Notes: generated by a model from the sequence alone, not told the origin. A stretch of 64,000 bases of DNA from an uncultured delta proteobacterium (GCA_963767925.1 CAVYGB010000008.1:2176001-2240000), one strand, 5' to 3'. Shown: positions 44,501 to 57,637, counted from the stretch's first letter. Numbers and translations: made by a program.

Positions 44501-47500
44501 CTCGTGCCCCGGGCTGCGGGTGAGGATGTCCCGGTAGCGGGCGATGGCGCCGCTGGTGTCCCCCAGGCTCTCGACCAGGTCGGCGGCCCGGAAGGCGAGG
44601 ATGTCCTGCTCGGGGCCCTTGGCCCCCGCCACCCTCAGATCGAGGACCTCGAGCAGCTCGATGTGGAGCTGCTCGCGGGTGAAGATCCGGTCGAGCATGG
44701 CCAGGGCGTCCGGATCGCCGGGGTTGGCGTCGAGCACCGCCCGGAGCTGGCTGGCCGCCTCGTGGGGCTCTTCCAGCTTCTCCTCGTAGACCCGGGCGCT
44801 GAGGAAGCGCAGGTAGCGCAGCGACTGGCCGTCCCGGGCCAGCTCGATCTTGCGCTGGTAGATCTCGACGAGGTTGCGCCACTGGCTGGAGGCCACGTAA
44901 AGCCGGGCCAGGGCATCGAGCGCCTCCTCGTCGGAGTCGTCGATGTCGAGCACCCCCCGCCAGCCGTCGATGGCCTTGGCCGGGTTCTTGAGGGCGTCCT
45001 CGAACAGGACCGCCATGCGCTTGGTGAGGGCCTTGCGGCGCTCGGTGTCGCTGACGATCTCGAGGTGCTGCTCGAGCACCTCGGCCAGCTCGGTCTGCCG
45101 GCCGGCCTGGGCCAGCAAACGCTCCAGGGCGACGAACGACTCCTCGTCGTCGGGGCGGGCGGCGATGGCCGAGCGCCAGGCCTCGATGGCCCCCGGCGCG
45201 TCACCCAGCCGGGCCTCCCGGACCGAGGCGATCATCGACCAGAGCGCCGAGCAGAGGGCGGTGTCGGCGGCCCGTTCGGTGCCGCTGGTCAGGATCTCGA
45301 CCAGGGGCTGGTACAGGCGCCCGCTCGCCGCCAGCGGCTCCAGGGCGGCCAGGTTGCGGGTCGAGGAGACGTCCTCCAGCCAGGCTCGCCCCCGGGCGGC
45401 CAGCGCCCGGTCCAGCCGGCCGAGCCGCTCTTCCAGGCCCGCGATCTCGATTAGGACCTCGGCCCGCCGGTCCGAGTCGTCCTGGGTCTCCAGCGAGACC
45501 TCGAGCACGTCGGCCAGCCGGCGCCACTCCTGGGTGCGCCGGAAGTGGGGCTCGAGGATGCGCGCGGCCCGCACCCGCTGCTCGGGGTTCGAGAGCAGGC
45601 GCTCGAGAGCCCCCAGGGCCCCCGCGTGGCGGGGCATGCGCCCCAGGATCTCGCCGTAGCGCTCGACAGCCGCGTCGACGTCCTCGAGCTTTTGCTCCTC
45701 GACCTCGGCCAGCCGGAAGGCGATGCCGTTGAGGTCGCCGCCCATCTCGCTGACCTGCTCCAGCATCCACAGGAGGTGCTCGCGCAGGTCGGGCCAGCGC
45801 TCGTCGGCCCGCAGCAACGCCTCCAGGTCGGTGGCGGTGCGGGCGTCGCTGGCGTCGATGTCGAGCAGGCTGCGCAGGGTCGAGGCGGCCCGGCCCCGAT
45901 CGCCGAGGCTCTCGGCCGAGAGGGCCGCGCTCCGCCGCAGGTAGGGGATGCGGTCACCCGGCGAGGGGATGCGGGCGGCGTGCTCCTCCAGCAGATCGCG
46001 CAGCTCCTGCCAGGCCTCCCAGCGCTCGAGCGCCGTCTCGTAGAGGCGACAGGCCACGGCGTCGCCGGGCTGAGCCTCCACGTAGCGCCGGTAGTGCTTG
46101 CGGGCCGCCTCCCGGTCGCCCAGCCGCTCGTCGGCCACGATGGCGCACAGGCGCACCAGGGCCAGGACCTCGTCGCTGTTCGACGACTCCTGCTCGAGGT
46201 AGCGGGCGAACCAGTCGGCCACGTCGCGCCAGCGGTCCAGCTTCGGCGCCAGGCGCAGGAGCTGCTCCTGGGCGGTGCGGTCGAGCGGGGTCTCCCGGAA
46301 CAGGCGGCCGTACCAGCGAAAAGCCGCCTCCAGATCCTCGATCTGCTCCTCGTAGACCCGGGCGATCCGCTGGGTCAGGGCCAGGCGGCGCTGGGGATCT
46401 TCGCTGCGCTCGAGGCGCAGCTCATCGATGGCCACCAGCCGGCTCCAGGCGCTGCGGCGCACGTAGACCGGCTCGAGCAGATCGGCGGCGGCCACCTGGG
46501 TGTCGGGGTCGCTCACGAGCTGCTCGAGCTTCTGGATCGAGGGCTCGTGGTCCTGGTCGATCTGCAGGGCCGCGCTGATGTGCACGATGGCCTGCTGGCG
46601 GTCGCCCAGCTCGCCGAGGTGGATCTCGGCCAGGCGGTGGTGCAGCTCCACCGCGTCCTTGCTGGGCAGCCCCCGGGCGAGCTGCCGATCGAGCAGACCA
46701 ACCAGATCCCGCCACTGGCGGGACTCGCCGTACAGGCGATCGAGGGCGGTGTAGGCCTCCTCGTCGCCCGGCTTCAGGGCGAGGACCCGCTCGTAGGCCG
46801 CGACGGCGTCCTCGCGGTTGCCCAGGGTCACGGCCAGGGCCCCGATCTGCAGGCGCAGGGGGGCCTCGCTGGCCGGGCTCTCGCGCAGCAGCTCCGAGCG
46901 CCGCTGCAAGACATCGAGCAGGGCCGGCTTGTCGTCGGCCTTGCGGTACAGCCGGTCGAGGGCCATCAGCGTGTCGCCGTCCTCGGGCGCGCGCTCGTGA
47001 ACCTTGCGGTGCCACTCGGTGGCCAGCGCGTCGTCGCCGACCTCCTCGGCCCGCCGGGCCAGGGTGCGGGCCAGGCGCAGGCGGACGCCGTCGTCGAAGA
47101 TGTCCCCTTCGATCAACCGGTAGAGGTCGATCACCCGCCGGGCGCTGTCGCCGGCCGCGTCGCTGAGCCGCTCGTAGGCGTCGAGCAGCTCGCCGAGCTG
47201 GGGCTCGCCGAGCCCATCGAGGATGGCCGAGCCGTACGACTCCAGGGCCGCCGGGGAATCTCCCAGCCGCTCTTCCTGCAGGCGGGCCAGGCGGACCCGA
47301 TGGTTCATGCGGGCCCGGGGGTCCTCGTCGGTGGCGATGTAGAGCTCGACCAGCCCGGCCAGCTTGGCCCACTGGCTGGCCCGCTCGTAGAGCGGCTCGA
47401 GCACCTGGGCCGCCACCAGGCTGAGGGGATCGTCGGGGCGGGCGAGGTGGGCCTCCATCCGCTCGAGGGCCAGGGCGTCGGTGGGCTGGAGGTTGAGCAC

Positions 47501-50500
47501 CTCGTGCCAGCGATCGAGGGCGTCCTGCGGGCGGGCCAGGGGGCCTTCGAGGAGCTGGGCCATCCCCTGCAGGATGTCCACCCGCGCCTCCGCCCCGGTG
47601 GCGAGCTGCAGCCGGCGCTCGAGCACCTCCAGCCGCTCGGGGACGGCGCCCTTGCGCTCGTAGAGCGAGGCCAGCATCTCGAGGGCGGGCACGTTGTCCG
47701 GGTTCTCGTCGAGGATCGCCAGCGCGGTGGAGATGGCCTCGTCGACGTCCTCGAGATCGCGCTCGAGGATGACGGCCATGCGGAAGCGCAGCGCGCGGCG
47801 GCTGTCGGCGTCGCTCGACAGCTCCAGCCGGCGGCGCATGATGTCGATGCGCTCGCGCTGCTGCCCCAGCCGTTCGTAGAGGCGCTCGAGCTCGGCCAGG
47901 GTGGCCAGATCCTCGTCGTTGGCCTCGAGCAGCGAGCGGTAGGTGGTCACCGCGGCCGGCAGATCACCGAGGGACTTCTCCTCGATCTCGGCCACCCGGC
48001 GCAGGATCTCCATGCGCTCGCGGTCGTCGCTGGCCCAGTCGGCCTTCATCCGCAGGATGTCGACGAACCCCCGGAACTCGGCGATCTGGGCGTAGAGGAT
48101 CTCCAGGGCGTCGGCCGCCGGGCGCACGGTGTCGGCGTTCGACGAGTCGAGCTCGAGGATGCGCCGCCAGGTGCGGATGGCCGCCTCCCGATCTCCCAGC
48201 AGCGAGACCTGCAGCTTGGCGGCGCGGGTGAGCAGCTCGACCGCCGCCCCCAGGTGGGTGCCGGCGTTCTTGGCCGCCAGCTCCTCGTAGAGCGGGATGA
48301 GCTCGGCCTGCTTGCGGAGCTTGCCGGCGAGGCGCTCGACCTCGGCCAGGGCCGACAGGTTGTCGGGCTCGATGGCCAGGACGCGCCGCCAGGTCTTCGA
48401 GGCGGCCGTGTCGTCGCCGAGGCGGGTCTCCTCGAGGGCGGCGATCCGCCCCAGCAGCGCGGTGGCGGACATGCCCTCCCGCGACTCGATCTGGGCCTCC
48501 AGCACGCCCACCAGCTTGGTCCAGTCGCCGTTGCGCTCGTAGAGCGGCTCCAGGATGGCGGCGGTCCGCTGCCGGTGCTCGGGCAGGGGCAAGATGCGCC
48601 TCGAGCAACACGCGGGCCTCGCGCGTGCCCGGGCGCTGCGAGACCACCTCCTCGAGCAGGTCGAGGGCGCTCGAGGTCCGGCCGAGCTTCTCGTGGGCCA
48701 GCTCGGCCCGCCGGTACATCATCACGGCGGCGTCTTCGGGCGAGACCAGGGCCTGCTCCCGCTCGAGCAGGGTCTCCAGCTCCTTCCAGCCCTGGGCCGC
48801 GGCGTAGTGCTTCTCGAGGGCGCGGTAGGCCTTGAGGTCGTGCCGATCGACCTCGGTGATCTGCTGCAGGGTCGCGATGGCGTGGTGCCGATCTTCGACC
48901 AGGGCCTCGTCGATCTCGGCGATCTGCCAGAGCAGGGTGAGCCGCTCCTTGGGCTCGGGCAGGTTCTCCTGGCGCACCTCCAGCAGGTGGCGCAGATCGA
49001 TCCAGCGCTCGGCGTCGCGGTACAGGCGGGTCAGCGAGCGGTAGGCCCCGAAGTGCAGGGGGTCGAGGGCCAGGATCTCCAGATACACCCGCTCGGCCTC
49101 GGCCCCGCCGCCCGGCCGCTTCTCGTCGATCTCGGCCTGGTAGGCCAGCAGCTCACGCCGGAAGCCGCTCTCGTCGACCCGCTCGAGCACGCGGCGCACG
49201 GCCCCCAGCAGGTCCTCGAGCCCCTGGGCCTCGGGGGCCATGGCGAGCAGCCGCTCGCGGATCGAGGGGTCGTGGGGCTCGAGCTCGAAGATGCGGATGG
49301 CGGTGAGGAAGGCCGCCCTCGTGTCGTTGAGGGGGCCGGAGTGGAGGTCGACGAGGGTGCGCAGGTGGCCGAGGCGGTCGGCGGCCGACATCCGCTCGAC
49401 CAGCATCTCGAGGGCCTGGGCCCACTTCTTGTACTCCTCCTTGAGCTCGAAGTACGGGATGAGCCGGGTGACCACGTCGGACACCGCCGCCTCGTCGATG
49501 ACCTTGGACTCGAGCAGGCGCTCGAGCCCCGCCACCGCCTCCGGACAAACGGGGTCCATGTCGAGCGCCTCGATGTAGGCGGCCCGGGCCCGGTCGGGAT
49601 CGACGAGGGCGGTCTCGTGGAGCTGGGCGAGCCGGAGGATCGCCGACAGGGGATCGTTGGTCAGGCGATCGTCGATCTGCTTGCGGACGATCTCGGCCAC
49701 CGTACGCATGTCCCCGGTGGTCTCGGAGACGCGGGCCAGGGCGGTCAGCGCCTTGGCGTTGCGGGAGTCCTGCTCGAGGATGGTGCGCAGGGTGCGGCTG
49801 GCGGCCGGGAGATCCTTGAGCTCCTCCTCCTCGGCCTTGGCGATGCGGAACCTCAGCTCGGTCTTCTTGCTCCGGTCCTCGTAACGGGCCTCCCGCCGCC
49901 GCCAGATCTCGACCAGGCCGCCCCACTCCTTGCGCTCCTCGAGGATGCGGGCCAGCGCCCGCTCGGCCTCCTCGTCATCGGACAAGATGGCCAGGATCTG
50001 CTCGGAGCAGCGGCGGGCCTCCTCGACCCGGCCCAGGCGGGTGACGTAAACCCGCAGCAGCCGGCGCAGCACATCGACCCGTTCCTGCTCGCCCTCGATG
50101 CCGGCCGACAGGCGCCGGGTCAACAGCTCGGCGTAGGCCGCCCACTCGTCGGCGTCGCGGGCCAGCCGCTCGAGATCGGAGGCCACCCCCACGTCGATCG
50201 GCGCCAGGACGTAGGCCCGCGCGCACCACTGGAAGGCCACCGTGCGCGAGCCCAGCTTGTCCTCGCAGACCAGGCGGGCGTCGGCCAGCAGGCTGAGCCG
50301 CTCGGGCAAGGTCAAGGGCGCCTCGTCGGGATCGGTCACGTCGGGATCGGCGGGCGCGTCGAGCATCGACTCGTAGAGCGCCAGCAGCCGCCCCCAGCGC
50401 TCGGTCTCGCGGTAGAGCCGCATCAACATCCAGGCGGTGGCCCGGCTGCGGGGCCGCAGCGAGAGGATCCGCTCGTAGGCCTTGGTGGCCCGTTCGGGTT

Positions 50501-52765
50501 GCCCCAGGTCGTGCTCCGCCACCTCGGCGGCCCGGGTCAGCAGCTTGATCTGGGTGGGGACGTCGGTGGCCCGCTCCGCCACCACCGAGAGCGCCTCGTA
50601 GAGCTCCTCCCAGGATCCCCGGTCGGCGTAGAGCGCCTCCAGGGCGGCGAAGTTTCCGGTGAGGGCGTGGATCTCGCGCAGCGCGCGCAGCACCCGGGGG
50701 TTGTCCGGCTCGGCGGCGTGGACCTTGCGCAAGGTGGCCTCCGCCGCGGCGGTGGCCCCCAGCTTCTCCATGAGGACGATGCCCCGCCGCTCGAGCAGCT
50801 CGCTGCCGTTGGGGGTGTCCTCGCCCGCCACCACCGCCTGGCGGCCCAGGATCTCGGCGAGGGCCGCCCAGCGCCCCTCCTTGTCGTAGAGCTTCGCCAG
50901 GGCGGCCAGGGCTACCGGGTCGCGGGGCAAGATCTCGAGGACCTCGTTCTGCAGGCCGATCGCCTCGCGGGGGCTGCCCAGGCGGTCGGCGGCGATCTCG
51001 GCCATCGCCGCGAGCTGGGCGGCGTGCTGGGCCCGGGGCAGCAGCTTGAGCTCCCGCCGCAGCAGATCGAGCAGGGGCCGCCAGGAGCGGCCCCGGGTGT
51101 AGATCTCCCGCAGGCGCCGGCGGGCGGTCTCCTCGCCCGGCTCGATCTCGAGGATCTTCTCGAGCGCGCCCACCGCGTTCTGCTGCTTGGCCAGCTTGTC
51201 GGTCCAGAGCACGGCGATGCGGTGGTAGAGGCGAGTCCGCTCCGCCTTGTCGGTGGTGACGGTGGCCTGCCGTTGCAGGACGTCGATCAGGTCGGCCCAG
51301 CGACCATGGACCTCGTGGCGCTCGGCCAGGGCCTTCAGGGCCTCGGGGTGATCCGGGCGCAGCGACAGGATGGCGGCGAAGGTGTTGGTCACCATCACGT
51401 CGAGGCGGAGCCGATCCCGATAGATGGGGATCATCTCGAGGTAGCGGGCGATCTTCTCGTCGACCGCCTCCTTGGGCAGCGCCTCGAGGTCGTCCTTGAG
51501 CATCTCGAGCAGCGCGTTCCACTTCTCGGTCTTCGTGTAGAGCCGCCGCAGGGCCGCCACCGCTTCTGGCAGACCGGGCTGCAGGCGCAGCAGGCTCTTC
51601 CAGACGTCGATGGCCTTCTCTGCCGACTGGGGCCGCTGCTCGGCGAGCAGGGCCATCTCGATGCCGATACGCACCCGTTTGTCCGGGTCGGTCTCGGCCC
51701 GCTGGGACTGGGCCAGCAGGGCCAGGAGCTGGGGCGTCTCCCCCCGGCGGGTGTGGTAGTCCCGGTAGAACTCCATCAGCACCGGATGGGTGGGCTCGGC
51801 CTTTCGGATCCGGCGAAAGTACAGCTCCGCCTGATCCAGGGTGTCGAGCTTGCGCCAGGTGACGGTGGCGAGCGGCACCAGGATGGCCAGCTCGCCCTGG
51901 CCCGCGTTTTGTCACCCGCAGGGCGCTCTCGTAGACCTTGGCCAGCTCGCTCCAGTTCTCCTCCTGGGCCAGCGCCGCCACCACCCGGTGCAGGGCCCGT
52001 GGCTCGGCGGGGCTGGCGGTGAGGGCGCGCTTGAAGTGATCGAGCGCCTCCTCCTCCCGGCCCCGCTCGAGGGCCACCTCACCCGCGAGCACCTCGGCCA
52101 GCGCGCGTTCTTCGTTGTTCACCGCGGTGGCGATGCGCCGCAGGTAGAGCGCGGCCAGGTCCTCGGTCCGGCCGGCGTTCCGGTAGTGCCGCTCGAGGAG
52201 CTGCTCGGCGCGCTTCTGGCGGGGGTCGATCTCGAGGGCGCGCGCCAGGAGGGTCTCGCCCTCCTTGGATTCGGGGCGGTACTTAAGATAGAGCTCACCC
52301 GCCACCGCGTAAGTGGGGCGCCGCCGCCGGGCGACCGCCGCCGTCCTTGCCGTTTTTCACCCGGGTCTGGGCGGTCTTCTCCCACTCCGCCGACTCGTCC
52401 TGCAGCCGGCGCAGCAGCTCGCCGGCGGCGACGTGGCCATGGGCCAGATCGAGGGCCTCGCGCAGACATTCGATGGCCTGATCGGCCCGGGCAAATTCGT
52501 GGAACAGGAGGCGGGCTTTTTCCACCAGCAGGTCGGCGCGCACCCGCTTGTCGGTGGTGACGGCCAGCTCCCGGTCGACCAGCTCCAGGCACAGGTCGAC
52601 GTTGCCCCGCTCGGCGTGGAAGGTCCGGGCCGCGGCCAGGGCCGCCGCGAGCTTCACCTTGTCGACGTCGCCCGTCTCGGTGTGACGGGAGATGGCGGCT
52701 CGCGCGTCCTTGTTCTGCGGATCGAGCTCAAGCGTGGATAAGGCGGAAGAAACCTCGGTGTCCAT
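41528..52765 (-). CDS. Giant TPR protein (~3,740 aa), GltI/AgmK-like, split by frameshifts near 52310, 51900 and 48595
   Basis: Four consecutive ORF segments with the same ALxxLExLY TPR repeats; C-terminus YFRALLLQ...GITKAEVY resembles myxobacterial GltI/AgmK-type proteins as I recall them. Confidence 0.85.
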
Positions 52766-52831
52766 AGTCTGCGGGTCCACTCCCTCGGGCTGGCCACAGC
52801 TAGCCACCGGGCCAAGCAGCCAAAAATGCTC

Positions 52832-52859
52832 ATCGACTATAGACCTTCCGATAGTCGAT
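52832..52859. promoter_or_regulatory. Inverted repeat, candidate operator between divergent genes
   Basis: ATCGACTAT-10 bp-ATAGTCGAT in an AT-richer intergenic region. Confidence 0.5.
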
Positions 52860-53020
52860 TCAAATCGGGAATCAGGTGTCAGACCGGGACTTTGCAGCGG
52901 AGGCCTCGCCTGCTATGAGTCGGTGGGTGCGGGTCGGGCGACGTCCTTCCGGTTCGTCCTCGTCCCGTCCCCTGGGCCCCTGTCACTCGCTCCATCCCGC
53001 CCCGACCTGGAGGTTGCACC

Positions 53021-54018
53021 ATGGAATCGTGTCGCTTCGGTAGCGTCGGCCTGACCTGCGTCATGGCGGCGGGTTTCGCGCTCGGGGCCTGCGCGACCGA
53101 CAAGCCTGCCGCGCCTTCTCCCTGCTGCCAGCAGCCCGAGATCCCGGCCGGGGTGCCACCGTTCAAGATCGTCGCCGACGAGGCCAGCGGCTCGTCCGAC
53201 GGGCAGAAAGTGATCCTGCGCGCAGCCCTGCTTGCAGCCGGTGAAGCGGGAGGCGGTGTACCCGGTGCTCCACACCCTGTACCGCCACGCCATGAAGCGG
53301 GGGCCCTTCGAGCCGATCCATTTCATCGCCGACGTCTACCCGGCCGAGGCCGCGGCCGCGGCGGGCAGCGACTCCCAGGTGATCGCCCGGATATCGCGCG
53401 AGCAGTCGCAGATCGCGCCTCGCTGTGACAACCGGGTCCCCTACGACTTCGGCGAGCAGGTCGACCGCGCCTTCGCCGCCAGCCTCGCACGGGCCCCGGA
53501 AGAGAACCTCGACGACACCTGCCGCCTGGACCCGCCCAAGGCCCTCGCCCGCTTCGACGACACCTTCACCCACAAGCCGGCCTACAAGATAGACGCGTCG
53601 CGCCAGGCGGTGGAGGTGACCTTCCCCTACCTCGAGATGGGCAAGGACGAATACGTCGAGACCCTAAAGCTGACCTCGGCCCTCACTTACTGGATCGAGT
53701 TCGTCACCAGCCTGTTTCGACGGGTGCCGGACCTCAAGGAGGTAGGCTACGTCGGCCTGCATGGCGACGAGCCCGTCGTGCAAGATCACCGTGACCCGCG
53801 AGCAGTTCGAGCGAGAGCTTCGCCCGGCTGCAAGAAGACATCGCCGCCCACGCGGCGGTCACCTTCCAGGCGGTCGGCAGTGGCCGTTCCAGCGACAAGG
53901 CGGCCGAGCGGGAACAGGAGACGTTCCGGCTGAAGACCTACAGGAGGCGCTCGCCCTCCTGCCGAAGGCCCAGGTCAGCATCGCGCCCCGGCTCGCCCAG
54001 GGTCAGATTGGCAAGTGA
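53021..54018 (+). CDS. Hypothetical lipoprotein (several frameshifts)
   Basis: GGAGG RBS; FALGAC lipobox; coding-like segments chain through frames to ...RLAQGQIGK stop. Confidence 0.6.
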
Positions 54019-54072
54019 CCGCTCGTCGTCGCAGCAAGCCCGCGCCAGCGAGCCGATCCGATCAACCGCAGC

Positions 54073-54994
54073 ATGACAGGTAAGCCCGTGAGTCAGAACC
54101 GGTCCCAGAGCTATCGAATCGGCCTCGTTCAGATGCGGATGATCGGCCGATCCGCACGACAACCTCACCCGCGCCGTGGCGAAGGTGGAAGAGGCCGGAC
54201 GCAAGGGAGCCCAGGTGGTCTGTCTGCCCGAGCTGTACCGGTCACCCTACTTCTGCCAGCGCGAGGACCCCGATCTGTTCGACCTGGCCGAGTCGATCCC
54301 CGGTCCCAGCAGCGAGGCCATGTCGGCCGTCGCCCGGCGCGCGGGCGTGTCGGTGCTGGTGCCGGTGTTCGAGCGACGGGCGCCGGGCCTCTACCACAAC
54401 AGCGTGGTGGTGGTGGACCAGGACGGTGAGATGCGCGGGACCTACCGGAAGATGCACATCCCGGACGATCCCGCCTTCTACGAGAAGTATTACTTCACCC
54501 CCGGCGACCTCGGCTTTCGCGCCTTCGACGTCGCCGCCGGGCGCATCGGCACGCTCATCTGCTGGGACCAGTGGTACCCCGAGGGGGCCCGCCTGACCGC
54601 CCTGCAGGGGGCCGGCGTCCTGTTTTACCCGACCGCGATCGGCTGGCACCCCCACGAGAAAGCAGCAATACGGGGCGCGCCCAGCGCGACGCCTGGAAGA
54701 CCATCCAGCGCAGCCACGCCATCGCCAACGGGGTGTACGTGGCGGCGGTCAACCGGGTGGGGCACGAGCCGGGGACGGCCGGCTCGGCCGGGCTCGAGTT
54801 CTGGGGAACGCAGCTTCCTGTGCGACCCCTTCGGCATCGTGCTGGCGGAGGCCTCGGTCGACCAGGAGGAGATCCTGATCGGCGAGGTCGACCTCGCCCG
54901 CATCGAGGAGGTCCGGCGCAACTGGCCCTTCCTGCGCGACCGCCGCATCGACGCCTACCAGGGCATCGATCAGCGCTTCCTCGACCGCCGCTGA
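54073..54994 (+). CDS. aguB: N-carbamoylputrescine amidase (nitrilase family), frameshifted
   Basis: IGLVQM, CLPEL, YRKMHIPDDP, EKYYFTPGD, LICWDQWYPE, WPFLRDRR. Confidence 0.9.
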
Positions 54995-55008
54995 AACAGG
55001 CTGACGGG

Positions 55009-56090
55009 ATGGACGAGCTCGCGGCGAAGCCGCGCCGGCGGATGCCGGCGGAGTGGACGCCCCACGCGGCGACCTGGCTGGCCTTCCCCCACAACGTCTC
55101 CGACTGGCCGGGCCGCTTCGGCCCCATCCCCTGGGTCTACGCCGACATCATCAAGAAGGTCACCGCCGGCGAGCGGGTCGAGCTGCTGGTCAACGACGCC
55201 GCCCACGAGCGCAAGGCCCGGGGCGTGCTGGCCCGGGTGAAGGTCGACCTGACACGCGGGTGACCTTCCGGCGCTTCCCCACCAACCGGGTCTGGACCCG
55301 CGACTTCGGCCCCCTCTTCGTCTTCGAGCGGGAGGGCGAGCGCGAACGGCTGGCCATCGCCCGGTTTCGTTTCAACGCCTGGGCCAAGTACCCCGACTGG
55401 AAGCGGGACGTCCGCATCCCCGAACGGGCGGCGGCCGCGCTGAAGCTGCCCCTGCTGCCCGTCCGCGCAGGGCGAGCGGGAGGTCGTCCTCGAGGGCGGA
55501 TCGATCGACGTCAACGGGGCGGGGACCATCCTGACCACCGAGGAGTGCCTGCTCGACCCGGAGGTGCAGGTGCGCAACCCCGGCCTCGACCGGGGTGGAT
55601 ACGAGGCGGTGTTCGCCGAGCAGCTCGGGGCCACCCGGACGATCTGGCTGGGCAAGGGCATCGCCGGCGACGACACCCACGGCCACGTGGACGACCTGGC
55701 CCGCTTCGTGAACGAACGCACCATCGTGCTCTGCGCGGAGGCGCGCGCCGGCGACGCCAACCACGCCTGCTGGCGGAGAACCGCGAGCGGCTCCAGGCGG
55801 CCCGCCTGGCCGACGGGAGCAAGCCGGAGGTGGTGGCCTTGCCCATGCCCGACCCGGTGGTGTTCGCCGGCCAGCGCCTGCCGGCCAGCTACGCCAACTT
55901 CTACTTCACGAACGGGGCCCTGCTGGTCCCGACCTTCAACGATCCCCGGGACCGGGTGGCGCTGGGGATCCTCGCCGAGCTGGTCCGCGATCGTCCGGTC
56001 GTCGGCATCCACGCCCTCGACCTGGTCTGGGGGCTCGGCACGCTCCATTGCCTGAGCCAGCAGCAGCCGGCCGCGCCGGCGGGCGCCTGA
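55009..56090 (+). CDS. aguA: Agmatine deiminase family protein, frameshifted
   Basis: MPAEWTPH, WTRDFGP, LEGGSIDVNG, DDTHGHVDD, ASYANFY, GTLHCLSQQ. Confidence 0.9.
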
Positions 56091-56096
56091 ACGGGC

Positions 56097-56677
56097 TCAG
56101 CGCCCGGCGGGGGCGGCCAGCAACCGCTCGACCGTGACGAAGCGGGCTCGATGTCGACCGGGAAGGCCTCGTCGCGGAGCGTGACGAAGGCCTCGAACGC
56201 CGCCTTGGCGTTGAACCAGCCGTCCTCGTAGACCTCGTAAGGACCGATGGTCGGCTCGATGCTGGCGTCGAGCTTCATCCAGACGACGTCGCTCTCGTAG
56301 TAGTCGTTGCTGAGGAAGGCGGCCGCCCGCGTCTCGAGGTACAGGCGCACTCTGGGCTGGCTGGTCAGCGCGGCCGCCTCGCGCAGGAGCTGGGCGGCCC
56401 GCTCCAGCTCCGGCTGGTACGCGAGGCTGCAGGGCACCGCCAGCAGCTTGCCCTTCGCCTCGACGATCTTCGCCAGGGCGGCGCGTTCGCTGGCCGCCAG
56501 GGGGCCGAGGTCGACGACGAGATCGACGGGCGCCAGCCGGGCCGACAGGCGCTTCAACGCGGCGGCATCGGGGATGGGGACCGCGGGGCCGGGCTCCGCC
56601 GCGGTGAACGCGGCCGGCGCACCAGTCAGGAGCGCGGTGACCAGCGCCAGCGGCGCCGCTCGTCGTTCCATCGACAT
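56097..56677 (-). pseudogene. Internally deleted peptidase M49 (DPP III)-like gene
   Basis: Signal peptide; RLAPVDL; AFLSNDYYESDVVW; TIGPYEVYEDGWFNAKAAFEAFV joined directly to the C-terminal PVDIEP; no HExxH region. Confidence 0.7.
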
Positions 56678-56764
56678 GGTGCCATTGTGCCACGTTCCCC
56701 TCGATCCACACCGGCGGCGCCGGTTGGCCTTGCAACCGCCGCCGCAGGACGCGAGGATCTTCCC

Positions 56765-57610
56765 ATGGACCCCAAGGCAGAATCCGGGCGCCCGCTCGCG
56801 GGCGTGCGGGTGGCTCTGGCAGAGACCCGGGAGCTCGATCGGCTCGCCTCCATGCTGGAGGCCGAAGGCGCCGAGCCCGTGCGTTGCCCCCTCGTCGCGA
56901 TCCTCGACACGCCCGACACCGGGCCGGTCGACGCCTGGCTGGCCGAGCTCGCCGGGGGACGGTTCGACGACCTGATCTTCCTCACGGGCGAGGGGCTGCG
57001 CCGCCTGCTGGCCCGGGCCACCCGGATCGACCTCCACGAACCGGCGCTGGCCGCCCTCGCCCGCGCGCGCAAGATCACCCGGGGGCCCAAGCCGGCGCGG
57101 GCCCTGCACGAGGTCGGGCTGTCCACCGACCTGCCGGCGGCGATCCCCACCTCGCAGGGGGTGATGGAGGCCCTCTCGGGCGAGGATCTCACCGGCCACC
57201 GCATCGGCCTGCAGCTCTACGGCAGCCAGCCCAACGAGCCGCTCGTGCGCTTCCTGCGGGGGGCGGGCGCGGCCGTGCACACCGTGTCCCCTTACATCTA
57301 TGCTCCCGCCTCCGACACCCAGCGGGTGGCCGACCTGGTCGGCGACCTGGTGGCCGGGAAGGTGGACGTCATCGCCTTCACCAGCGCCTCCCAGGTCGAT
57401 CGCCTCTGGGACGTCGCCCAGGAGCGCGGCATCGAGCCGGATCTGCGCCAGGGGCTCAAGCGCGGGAAGGTGGCGGCCATCGGGCCCGTGGTGCGAGAGA
57501 CCCTGGAGGATCGGGGCATCCGCATCGACATCATTCCCGAGGAGCCCTTCATCATGCGCCGCCTGAGCGCCGCCATCGCCGCCGCCCTGGCCCCGGCCAG
57601 CAAGGGTTGA
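56765..57610 (+). CDS. Uroporphyrinogen-III synthase (HemD family)
   Basis: LIFLTGEG, RGPKP, IAFTSASQV, AAIGPV; next to the siroheme-dependent nirB operon. Confidence 0.85.
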   Translation: MDPKAESGRPLAGVRVALAETRELDRLASMLEAEGAEPVRCPLVAILDTPDTGPVDAWLAELAGGRFDDLIFLTGEGLRRLLARATRIDLHEPALAALARARKITRGPKPARALHEVGLSTDLPAAIPTSQGVMEALSGEDLTGHRIGLQLYGSQPNEPLVRFLRGAGAAVHTVSPYIYAPASDTQRVADLVGDLVAGKVDVIAFTSASQVDRLWDVAQERGIEPDLRQGLKRGKVAAIGPVVRETLEDRGIRIDIIPEEPFIMRRLSAAIAAALAPASKG

Positions 57611-57637
57611 CCGCCCGAGGGCGGCGAGAGCGCCCGA

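Noticed and set aside
41639..52022. Very long plus-strand ORFs (1271, 1096 and 1155 aa)
   Set aside because: Antisense shadows of the GC3-rich TPR gene with no recognisable motifs
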